This document shows positions 26,200 to 38,400 of a stretch of 64,000 bases of DNA, piece by piece; the first letter of the stretch is position 1; each line of letters opens with the position of its first letter. Position numbers and translations under genes: made by a program. The stretch comes from Hydrolagus affinis (taxonomy: Eukaryota), in the NCBI GenBank assembly GCA_012026655.1, contig JAAILG010001201.1, forward strand, positions 1-64,000. The letters run 5' to 3'. Below the pieces are notes generated by a model, which saw only the letters and a program-made list of their open reading frames with translations, was not told the origin of the DNA and made no database searches.

Positions 26200-26515
26200 C
26201 AATACAATACAAAATTACATTTTTTAAAGTGCATTTCACATTGGGCTGACATCTCAAGGTCCTGAACAGTCAGGAATTAGGGATTAGGACTCAAGCACAG
26301 AATTATGAGGGTGGAAGGCAGAGAGGGTAGTAGGGTGGCCAAAGGCATGGTCGAAGAGGAGGACCTTGAGGTTTGCCTTGAAGGAGGCAAAAGAGGAAGC
26401 AAAGGAAATATGGGATGGAATTCCAGAAGGTAGGTGCAGAGAGACTAAAGATCCAACAGCCGATGGTGGAATAGGCCGGGTGGAAGACATAACTCCCTGC
26501 TGAGTGGAGGCAAGT
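26200..26515 (-). mobile_element. L2 LINE 3' fragment
   Basis: L2 tail motif. The minus-strand translation includes SFASFKANLKVLLFDHAFG, which is L2 ORF2 terminus-like. Confidence 0.75.
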
Positions 26516-26519
26516 AGAA

Positions 26520-26680
26520 TAGGATTACGGATTCAGGGTTTAAAGGGCAATTATACAGCAGACACCAGAAATATTTATTTACAAAGGCGGTAGTCCAGAG
26601 CTGGAACAGGTTACCAGCAAGGATAGTTGAGATTTGGACAATGGATCCATTTAAAGAAATGGCTTAATGTTGTAATTGGA
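26520..26680 (+). mobile_element. CR1 LINE ORF2 C-terminal remnant
   Basis: Translates KYLFTKAVVQSWNRLPARIVEIWTMDPFKE, matching the CR1 FFxxRVVxxWNxLP..FK motif. Confidence 0.7.
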
Positions 26681-29600
26681 AGATGTTTGCATGATTGTTC
26701 AGGACACTGAGAAAAACTCGCTTCTCTATTCAAACAGTGCTATGGGATTTTAAAATCCTCCTAGAAAGTCGGATGGGATTTTGGTTTATAACATATCATC
26801 CGCAGGATAGTACCTATACATGCTCATGTAACAAACCTCCAGCATTGGAATGTAAACCTAGACTATAAGATAGGTCTTGATTGGAGATTCAAATCCGCAG
26901 GTCCCAGAAGAGAATCCTTTGAAACTCTGTTTGCCACTCTTCCCTACTCAACACTGAATTTGTCATCCGCTTTTTTATTATAAGGACAGTGTTCAACGGA
27001 AGATAATTTACCATTTATTTCCACGAGTCATAACCTTTAAAAGATCCATGGGTGCAACCGTCTATTGGATATATGATGTCTTAGATAATGTCTTTTGGAA
27101 ATTAAATTAATAATCTTTAACCTCTAGTTTAGATAACCTACTGAATGAATTGAGGCAGATTAGTAAGGTTTAATGTGTTGCTGCTGAAACTATACTAACC
27201 AGTTTTGCTGTACAGATGGTATCATATCTATCATTCTCCAGGTTCACAACTTGTTTCTTGTCCAACTTTCAGATAATATTTACTATATTTCAACCCTGTG
27301 CAGTGTTGGTGTTTATGGAGTTTCCTTCCAACAAAATCTCTTGCTTGTTTACTCTCATTTCTTTATGGATTCCATTTGACCCAGCTGACTTGCAGATATT
27401 TAACCCATAGCAGTGCTAACATGAGTTTACTTGTCGAGGCACGCTCTTAATCCATGCCTTGTGATGCAAATACTCTTTCATCAGCAGTTATTCCTGTTTT
27501 AATATGTTTTATCTTGTCAGAGTTTTTTTTTTTAACTCGTATCCCCAGTCATCACTCAGCTCCACCGGTTTTCCCTTCCCCAGCAAATTGAATTGAAAAT
27601 TACTTTCAAATTCCTCCACCTACCTCTACAACCGAGTCATTGCTTCTGCTCAGCAACAAATCCTCCCCACGTGAAAGGTGCTATGTAAATTATTTTCTTA
27701 GTTGTACTGGTCATATCTTTGTCATTCAATGGTCTAAACAATTAGAGCTGATCACAACTAATCATATGAACAGAACTGGTATTGATTTCACTGCTTATCA
27801 CTTGAGCAGTTTTATCAAATTATCACGTCATGTGGCCTATGAAATATCAGTGTGGATATGTTACTTCACTTCAGAGGAAAATCACTTTGTTTGGTGTAAC
27901 AATCACTTTTGCCGTGAAATGAATAAATAATAGTAATAATTGTAGCATTTGTTACAGCGCCTTATCACATTGTTGACATGTCTCAAAGTGCTTCACAGAA
28001 ACATAATATATTGTTAAAGTAAATTGACTGTATATTTTGTGGGCGAAATGTTTTTTGGTGAAAAATATATGGAAAAAAATAAAGGATTTATTAAGCAGTG
28101 ACAAATTGATACATTTGTGATCCACATTTGTGACAATCAATTTGGAACTCATCAACCAACCTCCACCTAAGCTAATGAGTAACACTGATTTAGAGTGTCC
28201 AATGGACACTGAATCAAGTGTGTGAAAGTGTTGCACTCTGTTTAAAGAGCGTTTCTGTACCTTGACATTTTTGGTTCACGAGTTGCCTGTCAGGGATCAC
28301 CGGCACTGAGACAGGGACCGTATCTGGAACAGTTGGGAGGGTTTTCAGTGCTGCTGGTGGGATTTTAACGCTTTTTATTTATTTGACATACGGTAGTTTG
28401 TCATATCACATTTGACTGGGTTACACCACTCCACTACCCCATGGCAATCGTGTAGAAATACAGTAGAGATCTTAGGCCGCAGTTCCCCATGGCAACAATG
28501 CCCTTTGAAAGATGGTTATTTTCACAATCATTTACATCATCAAACTGTGTTCTGTTTTCTAAACAGTATTGCTTCAGTGTTTGCTAATAAATAACACAAC
28601 TACATTAAAAAGGGAACAGCTGAAGAATAAACCCTATTTCTGCACTCTTTAATTTATTCCTGAAAGTTTAGAATATGTGTCCAGGGAAGCCCAGTGTGAA
28701 ACTATAAACAACAACAACAATTACATTGATAGAGCACCTTTTACGTCGGGCATAAGGTGAAGAACAAGACATATTGTTTGGCTGTCATCAAGGCAACAGT
28801 TATCTGCACGTAGTTTCTACTTCAACCCTCTTGTTGAAACAGTAGATGTACAATATCACACCCGTTTCCAGTTTTCTACCTGTTTCAATGCGTTTTTCAC
28901 CGAGAACCATATTGAGAGATTGACCTTCGGAAAGTAAAAGCATTCTCTCTCCTCTCTCTCTCACCACCCCCACCCCTCACTCCACCACCCCCCTAAACCC
29001 ATTCATGGCGGATGTCTTTGTGGCTATTTCCTAAATGTCCCCTAGTGTTTTATTTATCTAAATATTTTCCATATGGAGGGAAATTATAACCCATGTACAG
29101 TTCTGGTCTGAAATGTCAACCCCCTCTTCTTGCTTGCATAGAATTACTCAACCCACGGAGGAAAGTTAAATAAGAAAAGCTGCAGATTTTTTTTTAATTT
29201 CTCTGAGAAGCACAAACTTCTCTTTGCACTAACGAGAGCTTATTGAAAAAACTCAACCCCAATCCAGGTCCCATTACCTGGAAGCCTATTTTTCCCCCCC
29301 CCAAATGAGGATTTGTTAGCAATGGCCAATTGATAACTTGCGTCAGGTTAACTTCAGAGCTCGCTGGTTCAGTGGTCTGTGGCGGTGGTTTTGAGCTCAT
29401 TTTTATTTTATTTGAAAGTGACATTATTTTATTTTAAGTTCCCATTGCTTCAGCTTATCAAAATGAACTAATAGGTGGTGGATATGTACGGCGGTACACC
29501 TCTTCGAAGTGAAGCGGGTAAGTTGCTATCTTGAGAGAATCAGTGTGTGTGTGTGTGTGTTGTTTTTAGAAAAAAGAAAAAGTGTGTTGGAAATCCCAGA

Positions 29601-30069
29601 GGTCGGAAATTCTCAAGCGTTGGTTTCCACTGGTTGTTCAGAACACTGAAGGTGTCAGACCGATGGGGGGCGCCGGGCCGAGCGTGTAACGAAAGAGGAA
29701 GAGGATACTGTCTGTGTGTTATATATATATATATGAAAGAGAATGAAAGAGAAGGGAAAATGGAAACATAGAGAGGAAAATGTAAAACTCAGAAATACAT
29801 AGGAGCAAAAGAGAATATCCAGAAGAAGCAAAAGGAATTAGGAGAGAAAACTAGAGGGTTCAAATCAATCAGAGGCATTTGGAGAAAGCACAGAGGGAAG
29901 AAAGATCACAGAGAGTGAGCATGAAAGAGAGAATACGAGAGGTTAGACTTGGTGAAAGAGGGGGAGGGGGGAGTGAACACAGAGAGGGTGAAAAGGTGAA
30001 TGCAGGGGTGAAGGACTTTCCAGAGTGAGGGAGTATTGGGGCTAAAAGGAGAGAAATGCATCTGACAGT

Positions 30070-30377
30070 GGAGCTCTGCGATTCAGCGGTTAGAGCACTC
30101 GCCTTACAAGCAAGATCCCTGGATTCGATTCCTGGCAGGGCGAGACCCTGGGCAAGTTTCATTTCCCCCGCACGCCTGATAATAATCCCTGAAAAAAAAA
30201 TGCTAATTTGGTCACTCAATCCACGCCTGTTTGTAGGACACTGCTGTGCGCAATTGGCTGCAGCGTTTCACCCACAAATGTGCGCCCAAATCACTTTACG
30301 GTATATTCTGTGGAGCGCGCTTTGAGGCACCTAGGAGATGTGAAAAGCATCATAACAAATGCGAGGATTATTATTAT
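30070..30377 (+). mobile_element. tRNA-derived SINE, full length, CpG-rich copy
   Basis: Family head, body and (TTA)n tail. Confidence 0.88.
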
Positions 30378-31441
30378 AAGTTTCTAAGAGAAAGTTGGAG
30401 TGGAAGAAGATTGTATAGTCGGGCCTATACAGCCTCTATGGATGTACAATTCTGGTACAGATAAATGTTTACTTGCTTAAAATTCTTAGCTGAACATAAT
30501 CATTTATCCTGAGAGACAGTTTTAGTCAAGTGAGCCATTCATTTATGTAGCTCTATTTTTTTATTGTAATATGTTATTTCCCGCCGTGAAAGGTGCCATA
30601 TAGATATAATGTTGTTGTTGTTGTGGTAGTGGTGGTGGTGATCTGGGAGATTGAGAAACCTTGGGAGGAAAATGCCAGTGTGTGTGAGTGTACTCCTCGC
30701 AATCCGCTGTGTGACTTTACTTGACAAAAACAGGTCGACCAAAGAGTTGTCCACAATGAACTTTCCTCACAAAACCACATCATTCATTACAATGTAATAC
30801 GACTGGAATAATTAAGGAAAGTTCCAGGTTTTGTTTCATTCTTTTTTAAAAAAAAAAGTGCATGAATTATCTCAGGTGCTTTCCCACGGTGAGCAGGTGA
30901 GTGAGTCTTGGTGAAGTGGTTGGAACTCCAGGTCGTCGCCCTCAATGAGGAAAACACTGTACAAAGTGTATATAATAACTTGCTATTATTGGCGAGTTTT
31001 CCCAGTTGTAAACCCGCCTGTCTAACACCTAACTAGCCAGGCTGCTGTGGGTATCATTTCAAGTCATCTTTTTGGGGATTGACACACTGTGGCCTCAACG
31101 TTGAATCACAATGTTGATGTCAAGCTTTCCGAGGGGGAGGCGAGTTTCGTAGTAGCTCTTTTTATAATCTAACTATATATACACACACATACATACACAC
31201 ACACACACAAAGCTTTTGAGTTTTCAAGCAGGTTCCTGATCTGCGGTTTCTGTAGCTGGTTTTATTTTCTCGATGCGTCTTTTCTCTCTCTCTCTCTTTC
31301 TCTTCATTTCTAACCTTTCAGATCTTTCTTTCCAACCCTGTGCAGCTGGTGGGTCGGGTGGAGTCGGGTCGGCTCGTTTTTTCGTGAGTTTCCGTCGCGG
31401 TATATATATATAAATATTTTTTTGCTCTGTATTTTTTTTTG

Positions 31442-31545
31442 CCGGAATCTGTTCCAAATATGGAAACACCAAGGCGGGGCCAGCCTGTCGCTCTCACCGG
31501 ATCCTCTCACCATACATGGCCAGACAGGCCATTTACCGGAATTCC
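31442..31545 (+). promoter_or_regulatory. Distal serum response element cluster of EGR2 (Ets + CArG)
   Basis: CCGGAA (31442) next to a perfect CArG CCAAATATGG (31454-31463). CCGGAT (31497) next to CArG-like CCATACATGG (31510-31519). A further CCGGAA at ~31536. Confidence 0.8.
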
Positions 31546-31892
31546 TCGTGTGCGCTCCCCGTTCTGGGGGAGGTGGGGGAGCGGGGAGGGGTGGGAAGGA
31601 AAGTAGAAGAAGAAATAAATAACCTATCCACACACACACACACATACACTGATCCTCTCATGCAAAAGATGCCACTGTCAGCCTTTCCTTCATTGCAAAG
31701 TTATTTTTTTTAAATAATAAAACATATAGTATTCTCTCTACCTCTCTCTCTCTCTCTCCCTCGTTAAGTGTCTTGATGGCAGCAGTGGGAGGGGAGAGAG
31801 AGGGAGAGGGAGGGATACTCTGGGCTCCATTGAAGAAATCTGATGTGCAACGCGTCACCCCCAACCAGTCACCTCCCTTTTCCTCTCTCAGT

Positions 31893-31941
31893 CCATGTAT
31901 GGTCTCTTACGTCACGGGGTATTCAGTGGGCTGGGATAAAT
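31893..31941 (+). promoter_or_regulatory. EGR2 proximal promoter: CArG-like, CRE, TATA-like
   Basis: CCATGTATGG (31893-31902), TTACGTCA (31907-31914), GATAAAT (31935-31941). Same order as the mammalian Krox20 proximal promoter as I recall it. Confidence 0.8.
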
Positions 31942-32318
31942 GGTAAGTAAACGTCTGCGTGAGAGAGAGTGAGAGGTGCCATTGATAATCACACACACAC
32001 AGAGAGAGGGAGAGAGCAGGCAAGGCACAGGCAGAGATAGAGAGAGGGAGACAGACAGAGAGAGACACACACACACACACACACAGAGAGAAAGGCAATA
32101 GGGACCCTGCGCTTCTCAGCCTCAAGCTAAACATCGGCTACATCACGACTGAGGCAAAGAGATCGTGTAATTAACCACACGTCCCGGCAGCAATAATTAC
32201 ACTACCACCTCGCTTTCTATCTATCTATCTGTGTATATATATATATATATACACATATATAGGTAGATAGATAGATAGATAAAGTGGGGGGCAAACTTTC
32301 TATTCGGACAGTCGACAA

Positions 32319-32484
32319 ATGATGACGGCGAAAACTCTGGAGAAAATCCCGGTGTCTCTCGGAAGTTTCATTCACCAGCTCCCAGACGGCGGCATGTACT
32401 CGGTGGACGACATAACTCAAGTGCCCCCGTCTGTCGCTATTTTCTCTAATCCGGAGTTAGGACTGTACGAGCAGATGCCAACAG
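32319..32484 (+). CDS. EGR2: EGR2/Krox20 coding exon 1
   Basis: MMTAKTLEKIPVSLGSFIHQLPDGGMYSVDD resembles the EGR2 N-terminus ([21 protein letters not shown]). Donor CAG|GTAAGG after 32484; 166 nt, phase 1. Confidence 0.95.
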
Positions 32485-32948
32485 GTAAGGACCACCTGTC
32501 AGTGAGCATCACTGGCTTGACTCCTTCTCGGTTGCGTATAGTTTTGGTTGTCAGATAAGACAGTACATACATCTAGATGATCGTAATGGACGGGACAGGA
32601 CAGGGCAGAGGTGAATATTTAACCCGCTTGATGTTTTAGCCGGCGATCTGTTTAAAGAGTGTCTATGTCTGAAGACTGGGTGTGAGAAAGCTTCCCTTGA
32701 CTTCATTACCTCGGTGTCCAGTTCTACAATGACAGTACAGCACAGTGACTACTGACTAGTCTTCACTGTACGCGGGTCCCTGTCTCTGCCCCTGTGAGTT
32801 TTCTTTTCCAAAAGAAAGTGCAGTTCACAGCGACTTTGTGCAGTCAGTATTGGTGAAAAATCACAGTATCGTTCACCTCCGGGTTTACAGTGTGTGTGTG
32901 TGCTCGTGCTCTAGGTGTCAGTCACTTTGTAGGAATGATTCTTGTTAA

Positions 32949-34250
<1,302 letters not shown>

Positions 34251-34409
34251 AACACAAAACACTCACTGACACTACCAGCAGCAAGGCAAATACTCTCACT
34301 GGACCCGCCAAGTATTTATGACACGCTGTGTCCAAGTCTCTTACAAGTTGTGTGTTTACATAGCTCTGTTTCCTCATCCTCTTCTTAAAAGATTCATGTC
34401 CCATCGTTT

Positions 34410-34517
34410 TCTCCCCCTCTCTCCCCCTCTCCTCCACCCCCCCCCCTCCCCCCTCCCCCCCTCTCCCCCCCCCCCTCCCTCCCTCCTTCCCTCCCTCTCT
34501 CTCCCCCTCTCTCTCTA
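34410..34517. repeat. Polypyrimidine (C/T) low-complexity tract in EGR2 3' UTR
   Basis: About 100 nt of almost pure C/T with long C runs. Confidence 0.9.
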
Positions 34518-35471
34518 CTAAGGAAGCTTTTAAGATCTCTGGGGGAAATAAATCGAGTTGTTCTGGTTAGGTTTCAGACGTTTACAGTAAAAAGGGGAAT
34601 GTTTTTTTTTTAAAAAGCGAACGATTAACATATTCTGAATACTGTACAGTATATAGTATTGATGCTTTAAACGTCGAATTACGTGTGTGTTTTATTTTGG
34701 TCTTTCGAAAAACTCCCTGTTCGTGGAGTAGTTTTCATGACTGTAAAGCAGACTTTGGACACTTGCTTGAATATTTTGATTGTTATTTAAAGTACTGAAA
34801 TGAACACAGAAGAATGGGGTTGAGATGGCATAAGGTTGAAAGTGTTGATATTAGTTTATATTATACACCATCGGTAACGAATGTTTTGTAAACTTCACAA
34901 CAGAATGTGAAACTGAACGTGTGTTGCAGTTTGAAAGGTCAAAAACTTATTGGGCACTTTTGGTTTTCAAGGTCGCTAATATTTTCAGAAGTATGTGATA
35001 AATTATATAGAGTGTTTTTTTTAAATTCTATAAAATAACCAGTAATAGGCTTCATTCTGCTGAAGTCGGGATAATCTAGGATGTATACAGAGAACTTACA
35101 CCAGACAGTTTCAAAACATTTCACATTTGAATCCCTTTTCCTCTTGATCAGTTGTTGTGAAACTCGGAACGAGGGTATGGGTAGAGAAACTGGATTTGAT
35201 CCGAGTTTGTTGAAATGAAACGCTATCTAGTGTTTGTGGTTTAAATCGCAGATGGATCTTTACACAGCAATTTTGCATTGAAACAGTGCATGATAGCGTT
35301 TTGCTGGTTTCGATGCCTTGAGTCTTGTGGACGATTCTAATATGTCTACATATGAATGAATACCTGGCCTTATGGACTGACACTTGCAAATGTGAAAAAC
35401 GCCAATAACCTTTACAAACTGGTGGTCCTGTTTGTCTCCCGACGATTAATCTGGAGATTTTAATTAAAAAA

Positions 35472-35477
35472 AATAAA
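35472..35477 (+). terminator. Candidate EGR2 polyadenylation signal
   Basis: AATAAA followed by T/GT-rich sequence. The true 3' end could lie further downstream (~35740). Confidence 0.35.
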
Positions 35478-38400
35478 CTATTTTTGTATGCGTTTTGTGC
35501 TAAACGCTCTGAAGTGTTTTAAATTTGTAGCAAAGCTCTGGTTGTAAACAATGTGAATAATTCTTATGTTGCTGAAGCTGACATGCAATTGTTTGCTCGG
35601 AATACTTGTTCGATTCAGAATGGTTTAATGTACTGGTGTAAAACCACTAACTGGGATCACATGGGACTAATGAGTCTCCGCAAGATGTATTGTTTTATGG
35701 TTACATTGATGTAAATATAATTTTACAAAATATATACAATTCTTTGTGTGGCTTTTTTTTAAATTTGAAATGGTTCATCACTTATCCAGGTAGACGAATA
35801 TATCAAATGCATCCGACTGCAGCGAAGATGAAATCGATAGGAAGTTCCTGAAAGTTTTCCTGTGTTAGTTAAGTTAGTGAACTCTACCTGGGTTCTTGGT
35901 GATACTGGGTAGATTTGTTGCTTGTTTATCAATGGGGACAGGATCCCTCCTCACCAGGAGGTTTCCAAAGCCTGGTGTGTGGATTGAGTGCAAGTGTTAT
36001 TTAGTGTTTCAGGCGTGGTGCCGCTTTCCCACGCATTTAACTACAACATTGGTATTGACCCAGTGGGTAAATGTATCTTCAAAGATATGAAGCGGAATCT
36101 CGGTTACAATGCACTACTGGGAGGATTTTAAAAAAAAAATGATATGCAACAAAAAAATCTCCGGGTGCGAAAGAAAACTCCGGAGTTTCCCTTGAGATGT
36201 TAGTAAAGTTTATCTGATGTCTAATGAAAGACATTAGGAGAATGTGATACTGGTGTGTTTCATGTGTGATAGTGTATGTAATGTGAAGGTGCGAGCGCCC
36301 ATCAGCAACGTGGAAGAGGCAATGTCTCCTTTATTCTATTTTATGTTAAAATACGAATGAAATCGTATTGTTTATTGCAGTCTTGATTTCTCATTGACAT
36401 ATAAACCCAGACCTATGTTGATGTATTGCTATAAACAGGCAAGTAAATGAACATCCAATTTACTCTAATCTATCTTACCTTATTAGCCCTGGACCCACGC
36501 ATTTTGTTCGCCGAATAACACAGTAATGATGTACCTGTTTGCAGTATAGATTATGTTGGGAGATCACAGGCAAAATCTGTGCCTTGGTAACCCGTGTCTG
36601 CATTAAACGATGCCCATTGAGTATTTGATATAAGATCAAGCCCAAAATATAACTTTTTTTTAACAAAAAATACTTAAAAGTCAAAACTCACCTATTATTT
36701 CGGGGGCAGTACACCCTTTACAGTAACAGCTCCACAGCTCACGTCTGGTCAATTTGAAGTTGCCATAAATAGTTATCAGTTTCAGATCTCAGATAAATCA
36801 GTTTTTTTTCTCTAAATGTGTTCGCTGGTGGTTTCGAAGGCTGTTCTCAAAAAGATTAACACTTGTAACGTGACAGCTACATCAGAGGGGAATCCCGATT
36901 GGTGTGGTTTTAATGAGAGCCACGCTGTGAGTGTAAAATGGGCTGAGTTTTGGGGGAAATGTATCATGTGTTTGCTGTGAATTTCATTTCCCGATTTTAA
37001 AAGAAAATAATCAGTCTCCATTCTAGATGAAAGGCCCAACTACACTGTCAACATGGAGTGAGTGAGTGAGTGCGCGCTTTTTGTTTAAACAAAAAAAAAG
37101 GGAAACGTGGCAATCGGCGCCCCCCGACAATACACAGTGTCTGTATCAATGGCAGGAGCTGGGAGCTGAGCAGAGGTGACTTTCTGCCGCAAGTTTAACT
37201 CAAGGAAATGGTGATCCACCGCAGAGATAGGCGAGGAGTCCACTGTAAAAAAGTTGTTTCCATTTTGCTTCGGTCGCAGTTATTTTGTCGGGATGAAAGT
37301 AAGAAAAAGTGAGGAAGGGGGAGGGCGGGGGTTCAAAGTGTTTTTTTTTGTTGTTGTTTTGCCAAGGCATTCTTCATATCATTTCAATGTTGTGGGCACT
37401 GCTGAGAATCCCCTTCGATGTTTTCATGTCAATGAACTAAGAGCCTTTCCTCGTATGCGACAGGCGCACTGGGTTGGTGTGTGTAACGTTCCTGAGGAAT
37501 ACCTGAGGTTTCGGGTCAGAATAGTATTGTATTGTCTGGTGGAGTGAATTGTGTTTATGATGGGGGTCCAGACAAGGTGATATACAATGGCTGATACCTG
37601 AACAGGTCCACATTGCGCACGGTTGTGGGGTAAACAGTGTATTGCTGGAGTGAAGGAAAAACTGAGAATGAAAACAGCAATTTTGAAAGCATTCATCTCA
37701 AAGTCTCTTCGAGAGATTGATAATAAGGGCAAGGCGGTAGTGGCAGATCAGGCTTATTTCTGGTGGTCTCATAAACAGAATCAAACTTGGGATGGATTTC
37801 ATTTTCAGCAGATGCTAATTCAGGACATTTTCACGGACTTTCACCCCCAGGAGAAAGCCCCAGGAATCAAACTTGCGCTGGCGGGTAGTTAGCGCCCCAT
37901 TCTCCCATTAATCCATAAACTAACCCATTCGCATAAATTAGTTATGAAACAAAATATAGACGATACGTCTATCAACTCCACCTTTTTCCCCCCATATAGG
38001 GATGAAACAAGAGGATGAAATACTGTGTTTCCTGACAACTGTGATTTGATTTTTTATTTGGCTTCGGACGGACGTAGTTACTTTGTCAAAATGAAAGTAA
38101 TAAAAATGAAAGTGCAAATGCGATACATAAAACGATATATTCCTTTGGAAAATGTTTTTTTTTGTAAGTAATACACTCGAATAGGGTGAGAATTTATTGA
38201 AACAAATTCATTCGAAACGTTGAAATGAATTTCCAGAGAATATATTTATTAAAATTGGCGACACCCCCTCCCGACAAAAAAAACATTAAGTGACAATACA
38301 AAATTAGATTTGTATAGCGCCTTTCAAGTCGGGAGGACATCCCAAGGCGCTGGACATGTTGGGTGCTTAGTATTTCAACAGAGTTCAAGAACACACAGAA

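Noticed and set aside
32485-32558. Continuation of the 79-aa ORF past the EGR2 exon 1 donor
   Set aside because: It is intron read-through. Similarity to EGR2 ends at the canonical donor.
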